Shown: positions 44,376 to 54,312, counted from the first letter of the stretch. The stretch: 64,000 nt of DNA from an uncultured Candidatus Binatia bacterium (GCA_964291295.2 OZ219754.1:224001-288000), one strand, 5' to 3'. Notes: generated by a model not told the origin, from the letters alone. Program-made: numbers and translations.

Positions 44376-45785
44376 CTACGAAACCTTCACCCGCCAGACC
44401 GCCCGGGTATGGGACTCCACCCTGGCGAAATCGCTACGGGCGCAGCCGGGAACCCAGACGATCTCCTCCCCCGCCAGGAGCAGGGGCAGGGTCCGGCGCC
44501 GGGAGCGCGCGACCTTCTTTTCGATGAACAGGTCCTTGAGCTTCTTGTGCCCGGCCATGCCGAGGGGCCGGAGCCGGTCGCCGGGCCGGGCATTGCGCAA
44601 TCGGAGCGGCCCGCCGCGGCGCCGCAGCCGGGAGAGGTCGAAGGCCGCCTCGAAGGGACCGGCCGGAGGCTCCCGGCTGTCGGAGCACCACGACATGACG
44701 CGGACGCCGGCCTCGGGGACCGGCAGGTCCCCCTCCAGCGGGAGCGCGTAGGAGTAGTCGCGGCGGGGAGAAGCGCCGGTGGCACGGACCAGCCGCAGAG
44801 AATCGTACTCGCGCACCGCGGTCCAGGAGCCCGGCAGGGACACCCGGCCATGAGGACGGCTGCCGGCCAGCACCTTGAGGATGGCGTCCACGTGAGCGAA
44901 ACCGACGCGGCGGAGCGTCCCCAGGCCGCGCCGGAGCCAGAATCGCACCATCCGGGAGCGGAGCTCGGGGTCCAGCGCCAGAAACGCCCCGCGGTCTAGC
45001 ACCTCGCCGCGGGCGACATGCGGATAGGCGCCGGCCAGCTGTCGTTCCAGGAACAGATGGTCGGATCGCAGCATGCCGCCAAGCCGGGCCAGGCGTTGTT
45101 CCATGCCGCCGTCCATGCGGCCCCGAAGATCGGGCATCAGAGTCCGGCGGATCCAGTTGCGCAGATGGCGGGTGTCGCGGTTGGTGCGGTCCTCCCGGAA
45201 GGCCAGCCCCCGGCTTTCCAGAAAGGCCAGGATCCGGCTCCGGGAAACCTCCAGAAACGGACGGATCAACAGGGCGTCTCCGGCACCGGCGGCGTTCGGC
45301 GCCAGCGGCCGTGCCGCCGGCATGCCCTGCAACCCCTCGGGGCCACAGCCGCGCAGCAGCCACATCAGCATGGTCTCCACCTGATCGTCACGGTTGTGGC
45401 CCACTGCAACCTTGCCGATTCCCCGACCGGCCGCCACCTCGGCGAAGAACCGGTAGCGCGCTTCCCGGGCCAGGGCCTCGGCGTTCCCGGCGGGGCGCCG
45501 GCCGCCCGGGGGCGCCAGGTCCAGCCGCGCAAGGTGGAACGGCAGCGACAGTCCGGCGGCGACGGCGCGGACGAACTCGGCGTCCTCCCGGCTCTCGCGG
45601 CCGCGGATACCGTGTTCGACGTGGGCCACCGCGAGACTCAGGCGGAGGGACGGGCCGATCTCGTGAAGCACGTGGAGCAGCGCTATGGAATCCGGGCCGC
45701 CGGACACGCCCACCAGTACGGTGTCGCCAGGCGCCAGCAGGTGGTTCGCGGCAACGGTGCAGGTCAACGACGGGTCGGGGCTCAT
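44376..45785 (-). CDS. tilS: tRNA(Ile)-lysidine synthetase
   Basis: SGGPDS, AREARY, HNRDDQVET, RNWIR and KKLKDLF. Confidence 0.95.
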   Translation of the reverse strand: MSPDPSLTCTVAANHLLAPGDTVLVGVSGGPDSIALLHVLHEIGPSLRLSLAVAHVEHGIRGRESREDAEFVRAVAAGLSLPFHLARLDLAPPGGRRPAGNAEALAREARYRFFAEVAAGRGIGKVAVGHNRDDQVETMLMWLLRGCGPEGLQGMPAARPLAPNAAGAGDALLIRPFLEVSRSRILAFLESRGLAFREDRTNRDTRHLRNWIRRTLMPDLRGRMDGGMEQRLARLGGMLRSDHLFLERQLAGAYPHVARGEVLDRGAFLALDPELRSRMVRFWLRRGLGTLRRVGFAHVDAILKVLAGSRPHGRVSLPGSWTAVREYDSLRLVRATGASPRRDYSYALPLEGDLPVPEAGVRVMSWCSDSREPPAGPFEAAFDLSRLRRRGGPLRLRNARPGDRLRPLGMAGHKKLKDLFIEKKVARSRRRTLPLLLAGEEIVWVPGCARSDFARVESHTRAVWRVKVS

Positions 45786-45919
45786 GGCGGCAGGAAGGTT
45801 TGTCGCCCCGCTGCGGGGGTGTTATAGCCTACGGTCGAAATCGACGGTATCCACACCCGCAAGGATACACGCGGAACCGCCGGCAGACAAAGCCGGACGC
45901 CGCCGGCAGGAGCAACCGC

Positions 45920-47092
45920 ATGGCTTCACCCTTGAATCCGCCCGAGAGAATCCTCCTGGGACCCGGCCCCAGCAACCCCCACCCGCGGGTTCTGGAGGCG
46001 CTGTCGGCCCCCGTGGTCGGCCATCTGGATCCGGAATTCTTCAAGATCATGGAAGAGAACAAGGCCATGCTGCGCTGGCTGTTCCACACCGACAACGATC
46101 TGACCCTGCCGGTGTCGGGCACCGGCAGCGCGGGCATGGAGACCTGCCTCGTGAACCTCGTCGAGGAGGGGGACACGGTGCTGGTATGCGTGAACGGCGT
46201 CTTCGGCACCCGCATGGCGGATATCGTCGAGCGCCTGGGCGGCAACGTCGTCAAGGTCGATGCGCCCTGGGGCGAGATCATCCGCCCGGAACAGGTGGAG
46301 CAGGCGCTCAGACAACACAAGGTGGACATCGTCACGCTGGTGCATGCCGAGACCTCCACCGGCGTGTGGCAGCCGGTGGAGGAGATCTCCGGACTCGCCC
46401 ACGACGCCGGCGCCCTGCTGGTGCTGGATACCGTGACCTCCCTGGGGGGCTGTCCGGTGACCCTCGACGCCTGGAACGTCGACGCCGCCTACAGCGGCAC
46501 CCAGAAGTGTCTGAGCTGCCCTCCGGGGCTGTCGCCGGTCTCCTTCAGCCAAGCCGCCCGGGACAAGCTGGAAAGGCGCCGGAGCAAGGTCCGGAGCTGG
46601 TACCTGGACCTGACCCTGATCGGACGCTACTGGGGCACGGACCGCACCTATCACCACACCGCGCCCATCTCCATGAACTACGGCCTTCACGCGGCCCTGA
46701 GCGAGATCGAGCGGGAAGGGCTGGAAGCCCGTTTCAGACGCCACGAACTGAACCACCGGGCGCTGGCTGCCGGGCTGGAGGAGTTGGGCATCCCCCTCGC
46801 CTCGCAGCCGGGCCACCGCCTGTGGATGCTCAACGGCGTCAGGATCCCCGAGGGCGTGGACGACGGCGCCGTCCGGAAACGGCTCCTGCTGGACTTCAAC
46901 ATCGAGATCGGCGGCGGGCTGGGCGCCCTCGCCGGCAAGACCTGGCGCATCGGGCTCATGGGAGAATCGAGCCGGAGGGAGAACGTGGTGGCGCTCATCG
47001 AGGCGCTGGGCCGTATCCTGGAGGAAGACGGCGCCGGCGTTTCGGTGACGGACGCGGCCGGCGCCATCGAGCGTGTCTACGCCGGAAGTTGA
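45920..47092 (+). CDS. Alanine-glyoxylate/serine-pyruvate aminotransferase (class V PLP)
   Basis: LLGPGPS, SGTGSAGME, HAETSTG, SGTQKCL, YHHT and RIGLMG. Confidence 0.92.
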   Translation: MASPLNPPERILLGPGPSNPHPRVLEALSAPVVGHLDPEFFKIMEENKAMLRWLFHTDNDLTLPVSGTGSAGMETCLVNLVEEGDTVLVCVNGVFGTRMADIVERLGGNVVKVDAPWGEIIRPEQVEQALRQHKVDIVTLVHAETSTGVWQPVEEISGLAHDAGALLVLDTVTSLGGCPVTLDAWNVDAAYSGTQKCLSCPPGLSPVSFSQAARDKLERRRSKVRSWYLDLTLIGRYWGTDRTYHHTAPISMNYGLHAALSEIEREGLEARFRRHELNHRALAAGLEELGIPLASQPGHRLWMLNGVRIPEGVDDGAVRKRLLLDFNIEIGGGLGALAGKTWRIGLMGESSRRENVVALIEALGRILEEDGAGVSVTDAAGAIERVYAGS

Positions 47093-47129
47093 GGGAACCG
47101 GCGTCCGGCGCGGCGGGATGGAGGATGTG

Positions 47130-48467
47130 ATGGACGGCACCCGCCATCGAGAACGGTTCCGCGACTTGGTGGACGACCGGGTCGCCGAGGGCGTCTTCCG
47201 GGTTGACCGGGCGATCTATACGGACAAGGCGGTCTTCGAGGCCGAGATGGCATGCCTCTTCGAGGGCGGATGGGTCTTCCTCTGCCACGAGAGCCAGGTG
47301 GAAAAGCCGGGAGACTACTTCGCCACCGAGATCGGCCGCCAGCCGGTCTTCCTCATGCGCCGGAAGGATGGATCGCTGGGGTGCTTCATCAACGCCTGTT
47401 CCCATCGGGGCGCGCTGCTGACGCCCCTCCGGCAAGGCCATGCGCGCGCGCTCATCTGCCGTTTCCACGGCTGGGCGTACGATCTCGACGGACGCTGCAT
47501 CGGCATCAAGAACGAGGCGGCGGGCTTTCCCGGTCCGGAGTTCTCGCGCGAACGCTTCAACCTCTGCCGGATCGGTGCGCTGGATTCCTACAAGGGATTC
47601 GTGTTCGGCAGCCTGAAGAGCGACGTCCCGGCGCTCGAAAACCATCTCGGCGCGGCGGCGCGCTGGATCGACCTGCTGGCCGATCAGGCGCGGAACGGGC
47701 TGGAAGTCGTCCCCGGCTCCTCGACCTATGTGATGCGCGGCAACTGGAAGCTGCAGGCCGAGAACAGCGTTGACGGGTACCACGTCACCACCCTCCATCG
47801 CGTGTTCGCCTCGACCATCGGCAACCGCGAGAACCGGGAGACCACGGCCGGCCTGCGCCGGACCGAATCCGGGCGCATGAGAGGCGATGTGCCGTCCGGC
47901 GCCTACGACCTTGGCAACGGCCATATGGCGTTGTGGGCGCTGCACACCACGCCGCAGGTCCGACCCATCCACGAGGCGCGGGGCTGGCTGGAAGAGAACC
48001 TCGACGCGGTGGAGGTGGACTGGATCCTCAACCGCGGCCGCAACCTCTACCTGTTCCCCAACGTGATGCTGATGGACAATCCATCGACGCAGATCCGGTT
48101 GGTGAAGCCGGTCTCGCCGGATCGCACCGAGGTGTCGGTCTACTGCATCGCCCCGAGGGGCGAGAGCCGCGCCGCCCGGGCCGCCCGCCTTCGAAAGTTC
48201 GAGGACTTCTACCTCACCGCCGGCATGGCGACATCGGACGACGTGGCCGCCCTCGAAGCCGTCCATGACGGCGCCTTCGGACGGCTGGGCCGGTGGAACG
48301 ACATGACCCGCGGCCTGTCCGCCCTGGTCGCCGGCCCCGACCCGGACGCCCGCAACCTCGGCTTCGAGCCGGCCGGGTCCTGCCCCGACTGGGAACATGA
48401 GGGCGTGTTTCACGGTTTCTACCGCACCTGGCTGGAGCGCATGGAGAAGGGAGCCGCCGCCGGATGA
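47130..48467 (+). CDS. Rieske aromatic ring-hydroxylating dioxygenase alpha subunit (benzoate/anthranilate-like)
   Basis: CSHRG...CRFHGW Rieske ligands, NWK...EN..DGYH....H mononuclear iron site and a DD motif. Confidence 0.92.
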   Translation: MDGTRHRERFRDLVDDRVAEGVFRVDRAIYTDKAVFEAEMACLFEGGWVFLCHESQVEKPGDYFATEIGRQPVFLMRRKDGSLGCFINACSHRGALLTPLRQGHARALICRFHGWAYDLDGRCIGIKNEAAGFPGPEFSRERFNLCRIGALDSYKGFVFGSLKSDVPALENHLGAAARWIDLLADQARNGLEVVPGSSTYVMRGNWKLQAENSVDGYHVTTLHRVFASTIGNRENRETTAGLRRTESGRMRGDVPSGAYDLGNGHMALWALHTTPQVRPIHEARGWLEENLDAVEVDWILNRGRNLYLFPNVMLMDNPSTQIRLVKPVSPDRTEVSVYCIAPRGESRAARAARLRKFEDFYLTAGMATSDDVAALEAVHDGAFGRLGRWNDMTRGLSALVAGPDPDARNLGFEPAGSCPDWEHEGVFHGFYRTWLERMEKGAAAG

Positions 48468-48970
48468 GCGCTGACGGCATCGACGCCGCACTGGAGCGCG
48501 AGGTTGCGGCGCTGATCAACCGCGAGGCGATGCTGCTCGACCGCCGCCGCTGGCGTGACTGGATCGAACTCTATGCCGAAGACGCCGTGTACTGGGTGCC
48601 GGCCTGGGCAAGCGAGGAAGAGACCACCACCGATCCCGACACCCAGCTCAACCTGATCTATCTCAAGGACCGCGGCGGGCTCGAAGACCGGGTCTTCCGG
48701 ATCGAGTCGCGCGACTCCCATGCCTCGGTTCCCCTCGACCGCACGGTGCACCTGATCGGCAACGTGCGGGTCGAGAGCGCCGGCGCCAACGGCATCGAGG
48801 CCACCGCCAACTGCCTCGTGCACGTCTACGGGAAGAAGGGGGCGGCGACCCGCGGCAGCCTCTACGACTTCGCCTTCAGGCGGATCGACGGCATGCTGAA
48901 GATCGTGCGAAAGAAGATCACCTTCATCGACGACCGGCTCGAAGGGCCCATCGACATCTACCACCTGTAG
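48464..48970 (+). CDS. Ring-hydroxylating dioxygenase beta subunit
   Basis: EAMLLD...W, YWVPAW, LEDRVFRI and RTVH.IGNV; ATGA overlap with the alpha subunit. Confidence 0.92.
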   Translation: MSADGIDAALEREVAALINREAMLLDRRRWRDWIELYAEDAVYWVPAWASEEETTTDPDTQLNLIYLKDRGGLEDRVFRIESRDSHASVPLDRTVHLIGNVRVESAGANGIEATANCLVHVYGKKGAATRGSLYDFAFRRIDGMLKIVRKKITFIDDRLEGPIDIYHL

Positions 48971-48976
48971 CCTGCC

Positions 48977-50017
48977 TTGCTGAGCCTCCAGAAGATCGCC
49001 CCCGAGGTGGGCGGCATCGCGCTTCGCGAGATGGAGCCGCGCGCACCCGGGCCCGGCGAGATATCGATCCGGGTGGGCGCGGCGGGCATCTGCGGCACCG
49101 ACATGCAGATCCACGACTGGGCACCGCGCATGGCGCGCCGCATGGTCCTGCCGCGCATCCTCGGCCATGAGGTCTCGGGCACCATCGAGGCCATCGGCCC
49201 GGGGGTCCAGGGGCTCGCGGCCGGCGACCGGATCAGTCTCGAGAGCCACCTGTTCTGCGGCCGCTGCCGCTCCTGCCGGCGCGGGCGCGCCCATCTCTGC
49301 GAGCAGACCCGCTACCCGGGCATCGACATCGACGGTGCGTTTGCCGAGTATCTGACGGTGCCCGCATCCATCGCCTGGGTGAACCCGGCCGGTCTCGAGC
49401 ACGAGACCGCGGCGATGCTCGAACCCTTCGGTATCGCCGTCCACGCTTGTCTGGCGGGTGCCGGCGTTGCCGGGCTGTCGGTGCTGGTGAACGGTTGTGG
49501 CCCCATCGGACTGATGGCGGTGGCGGCGGCGCGGGCGCTCGGCGCCCTCACGGTGGTTGCCGGCGACATCAACCCGGTGCGCCTCCGGGCGGCCGAGGCC
49601 CTGGGCGCGGACCGCGCGGTGGATGCCGGCAAGCAGGAGCTGGCGCGGGTGGCCGGCGACATGACCGGCGGCGCGGGGGTCGATGTGGGGGTGGAACTGT
49701 CCGGTACCGAGGCCGGCTTCAACGCCGTCTTCAACGCCCTCGCCAAGGGCGGCGACTTCCGGCTGGTGGGCGGTCCGCCGGCGGCGATCCCCGTCGACTT
49801 CACCTGGTGGCTGCTGAAATGCCCGGTGATGCGCCCCATTCACGGGCGCCGGATCTGGCAGACCTGGCAGCGCGCCGCCGAGCTTCTCGCCGCCGGCGCC
49901 GTCGATCTCGCCCCGATTCGCAGCCACGTCCTGCCGCTTTCCGAAGCACCGCGCGGATTCGCGCTGGTCCGGGACGGCGAGGCCCTCAAGGTCGTGCTCG
50001 TGCCCGACCGCGGCTGA
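48977..50017 (+). CDS. Zn-dependent alcohol dehydrogenase (threonine dehydrogenase-like)
   Basis: GICGTD, GHE, CGRCRSC...C and GCGPIG; TTG start. Confidence 0.88.
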   Translation: MLSLQKIAPEVGGIALREMEPRAPGPGEISIRVGAAGICGTDMQIHDWAPRMARRMVLPRILGHEVSGTIEAIGPGVQGLAAGDRISLESHLFCGRCRSCRRGRAHLCEQTRYPGIDIDGAFAEYLTVPASIAWVNPAGLEHETAAMLEPFGIAVHACLAGAGVAGLSVLVNGCGPIGLMAVAAARALGALTVVAGDINPVRLRAAEALGADRAVDAGKQELARVAGDMTGGAGVDVGVELSGTEAGFNAVFNALAKGGDFRLVGGPPAAIPVDFTWWLLKCPVMRPIHGRRIWQTWQRAAELLAAGAVDLAPIRSHVLPLSEAPRGFALVRDGEALKVVLVPDRG

Positions 50018-50029
50018 GTGGTCCGCGGA

Positions 50030-50123
50030 ACGACTTCCGGCCGCGCGCGGGCGGGCAGCTGGTTCAAACCAGGCTCGAACCTGTCAAAAGACGACTTTCA
50101 GCCGCGTACGGGCGGGCAGCTGG
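50030..50123. repeat. Two 33-bp direct repeats flanking a 28-bp unique segment
   Basis: ACGACTTCCGGCCGCGCGCGGGCGGGCAGCTGG (50030-50062) and ACGACTTTCAGCCGCGTACGGGCGGGCAGCTGG (50091-50123), 29/33 identical. Confidence 0.8.
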
Positions 50124-50226
50124 CACCGGCAAGTCAAGGACGTTGTCCGTGACCCGAACGGCGAGGACTTCCGGCTCCTGTCCGGCACCGGCCGCGGCGA
50201 TGCCGGATCCCCACACGTCAACCGCC

Positions 50227-53200
50227 TCAACCGGCAACCACTTTCCCGGCCTGATAGAGCCCTTCGGGCATCGGGCGTTCCAGCTCCCAGAGTATCTTCA
50301 TGGGCCGTTCCGCCTCATGACTCCGGTAACGGGCATGGCCGAGGCAGCGGTAGGGAAGCGTCTCACCCCGGATATCCTTCTTGCGTTCGCGCACGAACAG
50401 GATGACGTTCGTACCCCGGGAGCGCTGTTCGACGTAGCGGCGCCCCGCGGGCGTATCGGGTGACGCGGTGTTCTGCGATTCCCAGTGAAACAGGGTCGGC
50501 GAGATCGGGTAGTCCGCGTAGCGTGCCGCGGGCGCGTAGTCCCGGTCGGACTTCTCCAGCGTGACGAACAGGAGATCCGTCCGCGTCGCCGGATTCCACA
50601 GAACTCCGCCTTGCGGGAAAACCAGGGCGTCGCGCCCGCCGGTACGCCCGTGCGCCGCCACGATCTCGCCGAGCGTATAGGTGGCGTGGCTTGCCAGGGG
50701 AACTTCGCTCGCGGCGTCGAGGGGCCGCGCCACCGTGCGAATTTCATCGGCGAGAATCTTCAGCAGGTCGCCAATCTCGCGGCGCAACGCCGCCGACCTG
50801 AAAATCCTTTCCAGAACCTGGTCGGCTTCGCCGACCGACTGGTGACGGCCACCCAGAACAGCGAACCACATGAGGGCCAGACGACGCTTGCGGCCATGGA
50901 GTTTCGAGATGCGCTCGGAAGGATACCTTTCCAGGAGGTGGCGCCACGCCTCGATCCGCTCATGATCATCGACATGGATCAGCCGGCCGATGGTCTTGAG
51001 GACCGGGGCATCCACGGGACCCTCATCGAAGCCCGCCCGCCGGCGGAGCTCGGTAAAGCAGTGTCCGGATGCGGGCCGCGCGTAGATGTCGTCGAGTTCG
51101 ACGCCGGCGTCCCGCATGAAACCGGCAAGTCGTGCTTCAGGGCCGAGGGCGCGCAGGTCATCGGCGAGACGTGCGCGGGCATTGCGCACCGTCTCTCTCA
51201 GGTTGCGCAACACCGTCTCTTTCGCCATGCGGTCCAGCTTGAGCGCGCATCCCGGCGGGAGCGACGGGAAGTTCGCCTCGACGGCGCGCCGGACCTGATG
51301 GCGGGTGCCCCCCAGCAGCGCCCGATAGCGCACGTCGTAGCGGTACTCGCGGCGCACCTGGCCCACGAAGTCCAGAACGGTGAGGAGCCGCTTCCCCTCG
51401 GCCCACCGCAGCCCTCGTCCCAACTGTTGTAGAAACACCGTGGCGCTCTCGGTCGGTCGAAGCATGAGCAAGGTGTCGATCTCGGGCAGATCGACCCCTT
51501 CGTTGAAGAGATCGACGGCGAAGACCGCACGCAGCTCTCCCCGCCGCAGTCTCGCCAGCGCCGCACGCCGTTCAGCGAGCGGAAAGCCGCCGTCCAGGGC
51601 CGCCGCCGGCCAGCCGAAACGTGTGAACTGGTTCGCCATGAAGTGGGCATGGTCGACGCCCGCACAAAATCCCAGGGCTCGCATCCGGTGCGGGTCCGTC
51701 ACCAGCTCCTCGACGGCCTGGCGGATTCGAATGGCTCGAAGATGGTCGCCGGTGAACACACGGTCGAGTTCGCCCGGCACATGGCGTCCGCGCTCGAAAC
51801 GCACCGCCGAGAGGTCCGTCGCGTCGTTCACCCCGAAGTAGTGAAACGGGCAGAGCAACCCCTGGTCGAGCGCATCCCAAAGCCGGGACTCCGAGGCGAT
51901 GCGGTTATCGAACCACTGCAGTACCGACTGGCCATCGGCGCGCTCGGGCGTGGCGGTGAGCCCGAGCAGTATCTTCGGTTTCAGGCGCCGCAGCAGGCGC
52001 TCGTAACTGGCAGCCGCCGCATGATGAAACTCGTCCACGATGACCACATCGAAACCGTGCGGATCGATATCATCGACGCGGGGGGCAAGGGACTGCACCG
52101 AGGCAAAAACGTGGCGCCCCGCGTGCGGACGTTCTCCGCCCACCAACCGTTCGCCGAACCCCGGCTCCCGCAGGACGAGCTGGAAGACCTGCTGGCTTTG
52201 ACGGAGAATCTCGTCGCGGTGCGCGACGAAGAGCAGCGATGGACCTATGCCCTGATGGCGCAGCCTGCTGTAATCGAATGCCGCAATCCAGGTCTTGCCG
52301 GTGCCGGTGGCCGCCACCACGAGGTTGCGGTGGTGCCCGCGCAGGCGTTCCGCTTCCAGCGCCTCAAGGGCGGCGGCCTGATGCGGTTTCGGCCTGACGT
52401 CCACCTGCAGCGGCAGCGCGGTGATGGCGTCCGGTGCGCCGTTGCCGCACTGCCTCGACAGCGCGTGGTCGAGCCGCTGGGCATCGCGTCCCGGTGCATA
52501 GTCCTCGAACTCGGGTTCCTGCCAATACTGCTCGAAGGTGGCCTCGAATCGCTCGATCACCTCCGGATTTTCGACCGCGCTCACCCGCACGTTCCATTCG
52601 AGGCCGTCCACCTGTGCCGTATGCGTGAGATTCGACGAGCCGATATAGGCGGTATGCAGACCGCTGCGGCGGTGGAACAGCCACGCCTTGGCATGCAGCC
52701 GGGTCCGGGCCACCTCGTAGGAAACCTTCACTTGCGCACCGAGACCGACGAGCGCATCCAGTGCGCGGCGTTCCGTCGACCCGGTATAGACGCTTGCGAT
52801 GACCCGGACCTGCGCGCCTTCGCGCACACGCTCTTCAAGCTCGGAGCGGAACAGACGCAACCCGGAGTGACGCACGAACGCGCACAGAAGATCGATCCGG
52901 TCGGCGCTGGGGATTTCCCCGGCAATCTCGCTCGCCACCTGCGCATCTCGCCGTCCATTGACGAGAAGACCGGTCCGACGAAGAGACAGCGTCGGGCGGC
53001 GGACGGGTACGGGCGCGCCTCCCGGCACGCGGCGTTCGACCGCCTCCAGAAGCAGGCTCGCAACTTCCTCAACCCGATCACCCGGCATCGCGCCATGGTC
53101 CAGGAGCACCTCCACCAGCCGGTTCGCAAGGGCGACCTGGCTGGCGGACTGGATGGCGTCTTCACCGGGAATCCCTTCGAGCGCGCGCCGAAGGAGTTGA

Positions 53201-53397
53201 TAAACGTGACGGGCCAGAAACTCGGGACGGACGGCGGCGTCTGCCGGGACCACATCCACCCACCAACCCTCAGCGGTTCGGGCCTCGATTGCCGCCTCCA
53301 GAGAGGACGTTCGCAGGTCTTCATAAAGCCCGGAATGGAGTCGACGCATCATGACGGGTCCGGCTGGAAGAGTAACGGATGGGGAGGCTTGTGTCAC
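50227..53397 (-). CDS. PLD nuclease-SF2 helicase-DUF3427 protein (SauUSI-like putative type IV restriction enzyme)
   Basis: RLHAK...IGSSN PLD motif; ATGTGKT, DEFHH, TATPER and QQLGRGLR helicase motifs; C-terminal FHWESQ typical of DUF3427. Confidence 0.88.
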   Translation of the reverse strand: MTQASPSVTLPAGPVMMRRLHSGLYEDLRTSSLEAAIEARTAEGWWVDVVPADAAVRPEFLARHVYQLLRRALEGIPGEDAIQSASQVALANRLVEVLLDHGAMPGDRVEEVASLLLEAVERRVPGGAPVPVRRPTLSLRRTGLLVNGRRDAQVASEIAGEIPSADRIDLLCAFVRHSGLRLFRSELEERVREGAQVRVIASVYTGSTERRALDALVGLGAQVKVSYEVARTRLHAKAWLFHRRSGLHTAYIGSSNLTHTAQVDGLEWNVRVSAVENPEVIERFEATFEQYWQEPEFEDYAPGRDAQRLDHALSRQCGNGAPDAITALPLQVDVRPKPHQAAALEALEAERLRGHHRNLVVAATGTGKTWIAAFDYSRLRHQGIGPSLLFVAHRDEILRQSQQVFQLVLREPGFGERLVGGERPHAGRHVFASVQSLAPRVDDIDPHGFDVVIVDEFHHAAAASYERLLRRLKPKILLGLTATPERADGQSVLQWFDNRIASESRLWDALDQGLLCPFHYFGVNDATDLSAVRFERGRHVPGELDRVFTGDHLRAIRIRQAVEELVTDPHRMRALGFCAGVDHAHFMANQFTRFGWPAAALDGGFPLAERRAALARLRRGELRAVFAVDLFNEGVDLPEIDTLLMLRPTESATVFLQQLGRGLRWAEGKRLLTVLDFVGQVRREYRYDVRYRALLGGTRHQVRRAVEANFPSLPPGCALKLDRMAKETVLRNLRETVRNARARLADDLRALGPEARLAGFMRDAGVELDDIYARPASGHCFTELRRRAGFDEGPVDAPVLKTIGRLIHVDDHERIEAWRHLLERYPSERISKLHGRKRRLALMWFAVLGGRHQSVGEADQVLERIFRSAALRREIGDLLKILADEIRTVARPLDAASEVPLASHATYTLGEIVAAHGRTGGRDALVFPQGGVLWNPATRTDLLFVTLEKSDRDYAPAARYADYPISPTLFHWESQNTASPDTPAGRRYVEQRSRGTNVILFVRERKKDIRGETLPYRCLGHARYRSHEAERPMKILWELERPMPEGLYQAGKVVAG

Positions 53398-53922
53398 CCG
53401 GCCGTATCGCCATGTCGTATCGCCATGAGATTCTGAAACGTTCCGATTCTGAAGCGTTCCTTCAGGACCAACGCTTCAGGAATGGCGCCCTGCCCCACGG
53501 CCCGGATCGATGGCCATGCCGGGCTGCCGGCCATGTGCGGCCCGATCGTATGGCCCAATCGTACGGCCCGTGTTCTTCACGACTCCACGGGAAAGTGGTT
53601 TCAGGTGTTTCTGCGGGGTGCCCGTTGGGTACCCGCAAGGTTCCTGCGAGGTGCCCGCAGTCAGGCCCCGGGTGTCGGCGAGCCTGACCACCCCTCGATG
53701 GTTGGACTTGGCGGTGCCAATCAGAATGCATGCTGCCTCGGCCCCGGCGACTGCGCGAGTCTCTGTCGAGGGTGGCGGCATGGTCGAGTGACGGGTGGCA
53801 TGGTGGAGTATCGGGAAGTCAGGTCATCAGGTCAGGAAATCAGAAAATTATTCTGATCGTTCCATAATGACAGCCCTGCGCAATCCGCCGATCCGATGCT
53901 CCACCGATGGGCATACCTGCGT

Positions 53923-54127
53923 GAGAACCGCCTGCAATACGTGCGCGACTTCACCTGTGATGAAGACCGCTCCAGGGTGCACGGGTGCCACCTGCCACGC
54001 AATCTCGCCCGCTTGAGCAACGCCTCCATGGCCATTCACATGGTGGACCCGCGCTCGGCACTCTCCCGAACCAACTCACCCGGTGCGCCCTCCCGCTCAT
54101 CCCGACCCCAGCCCGCAATCGCCCCTG
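53923..54127 (+). mobile_element. ISAs1-family transposase 3' remnant
   Basis: ENRLQYVRDFTCDEDRSRV...PRNLARLSN matches the ISAs1 C-terminal pattern (IENxLHxVxDVxFxED). GCAATCGCCCCTG at about 54115-54127 resembles an ISAs1 end. Confidence 0.65.
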
Positions 54128-54312
54128 GCATTCCTGCCAAATTTCGACTCCAAATGGTAAACTGGGGCAGGCCGTGGTGGACTGGACGTGCGTGCGCGGT
54201 GCGGGAGGAACCGCTTGGCTGCAAGCGGCGAATTCACGGCCTCATGGGTCATCCCGCGACCTGCCGGTTCCACGCTTCTGTCCAACGGTCCTTCGCAATC
54301 GGGAATGTCCCT

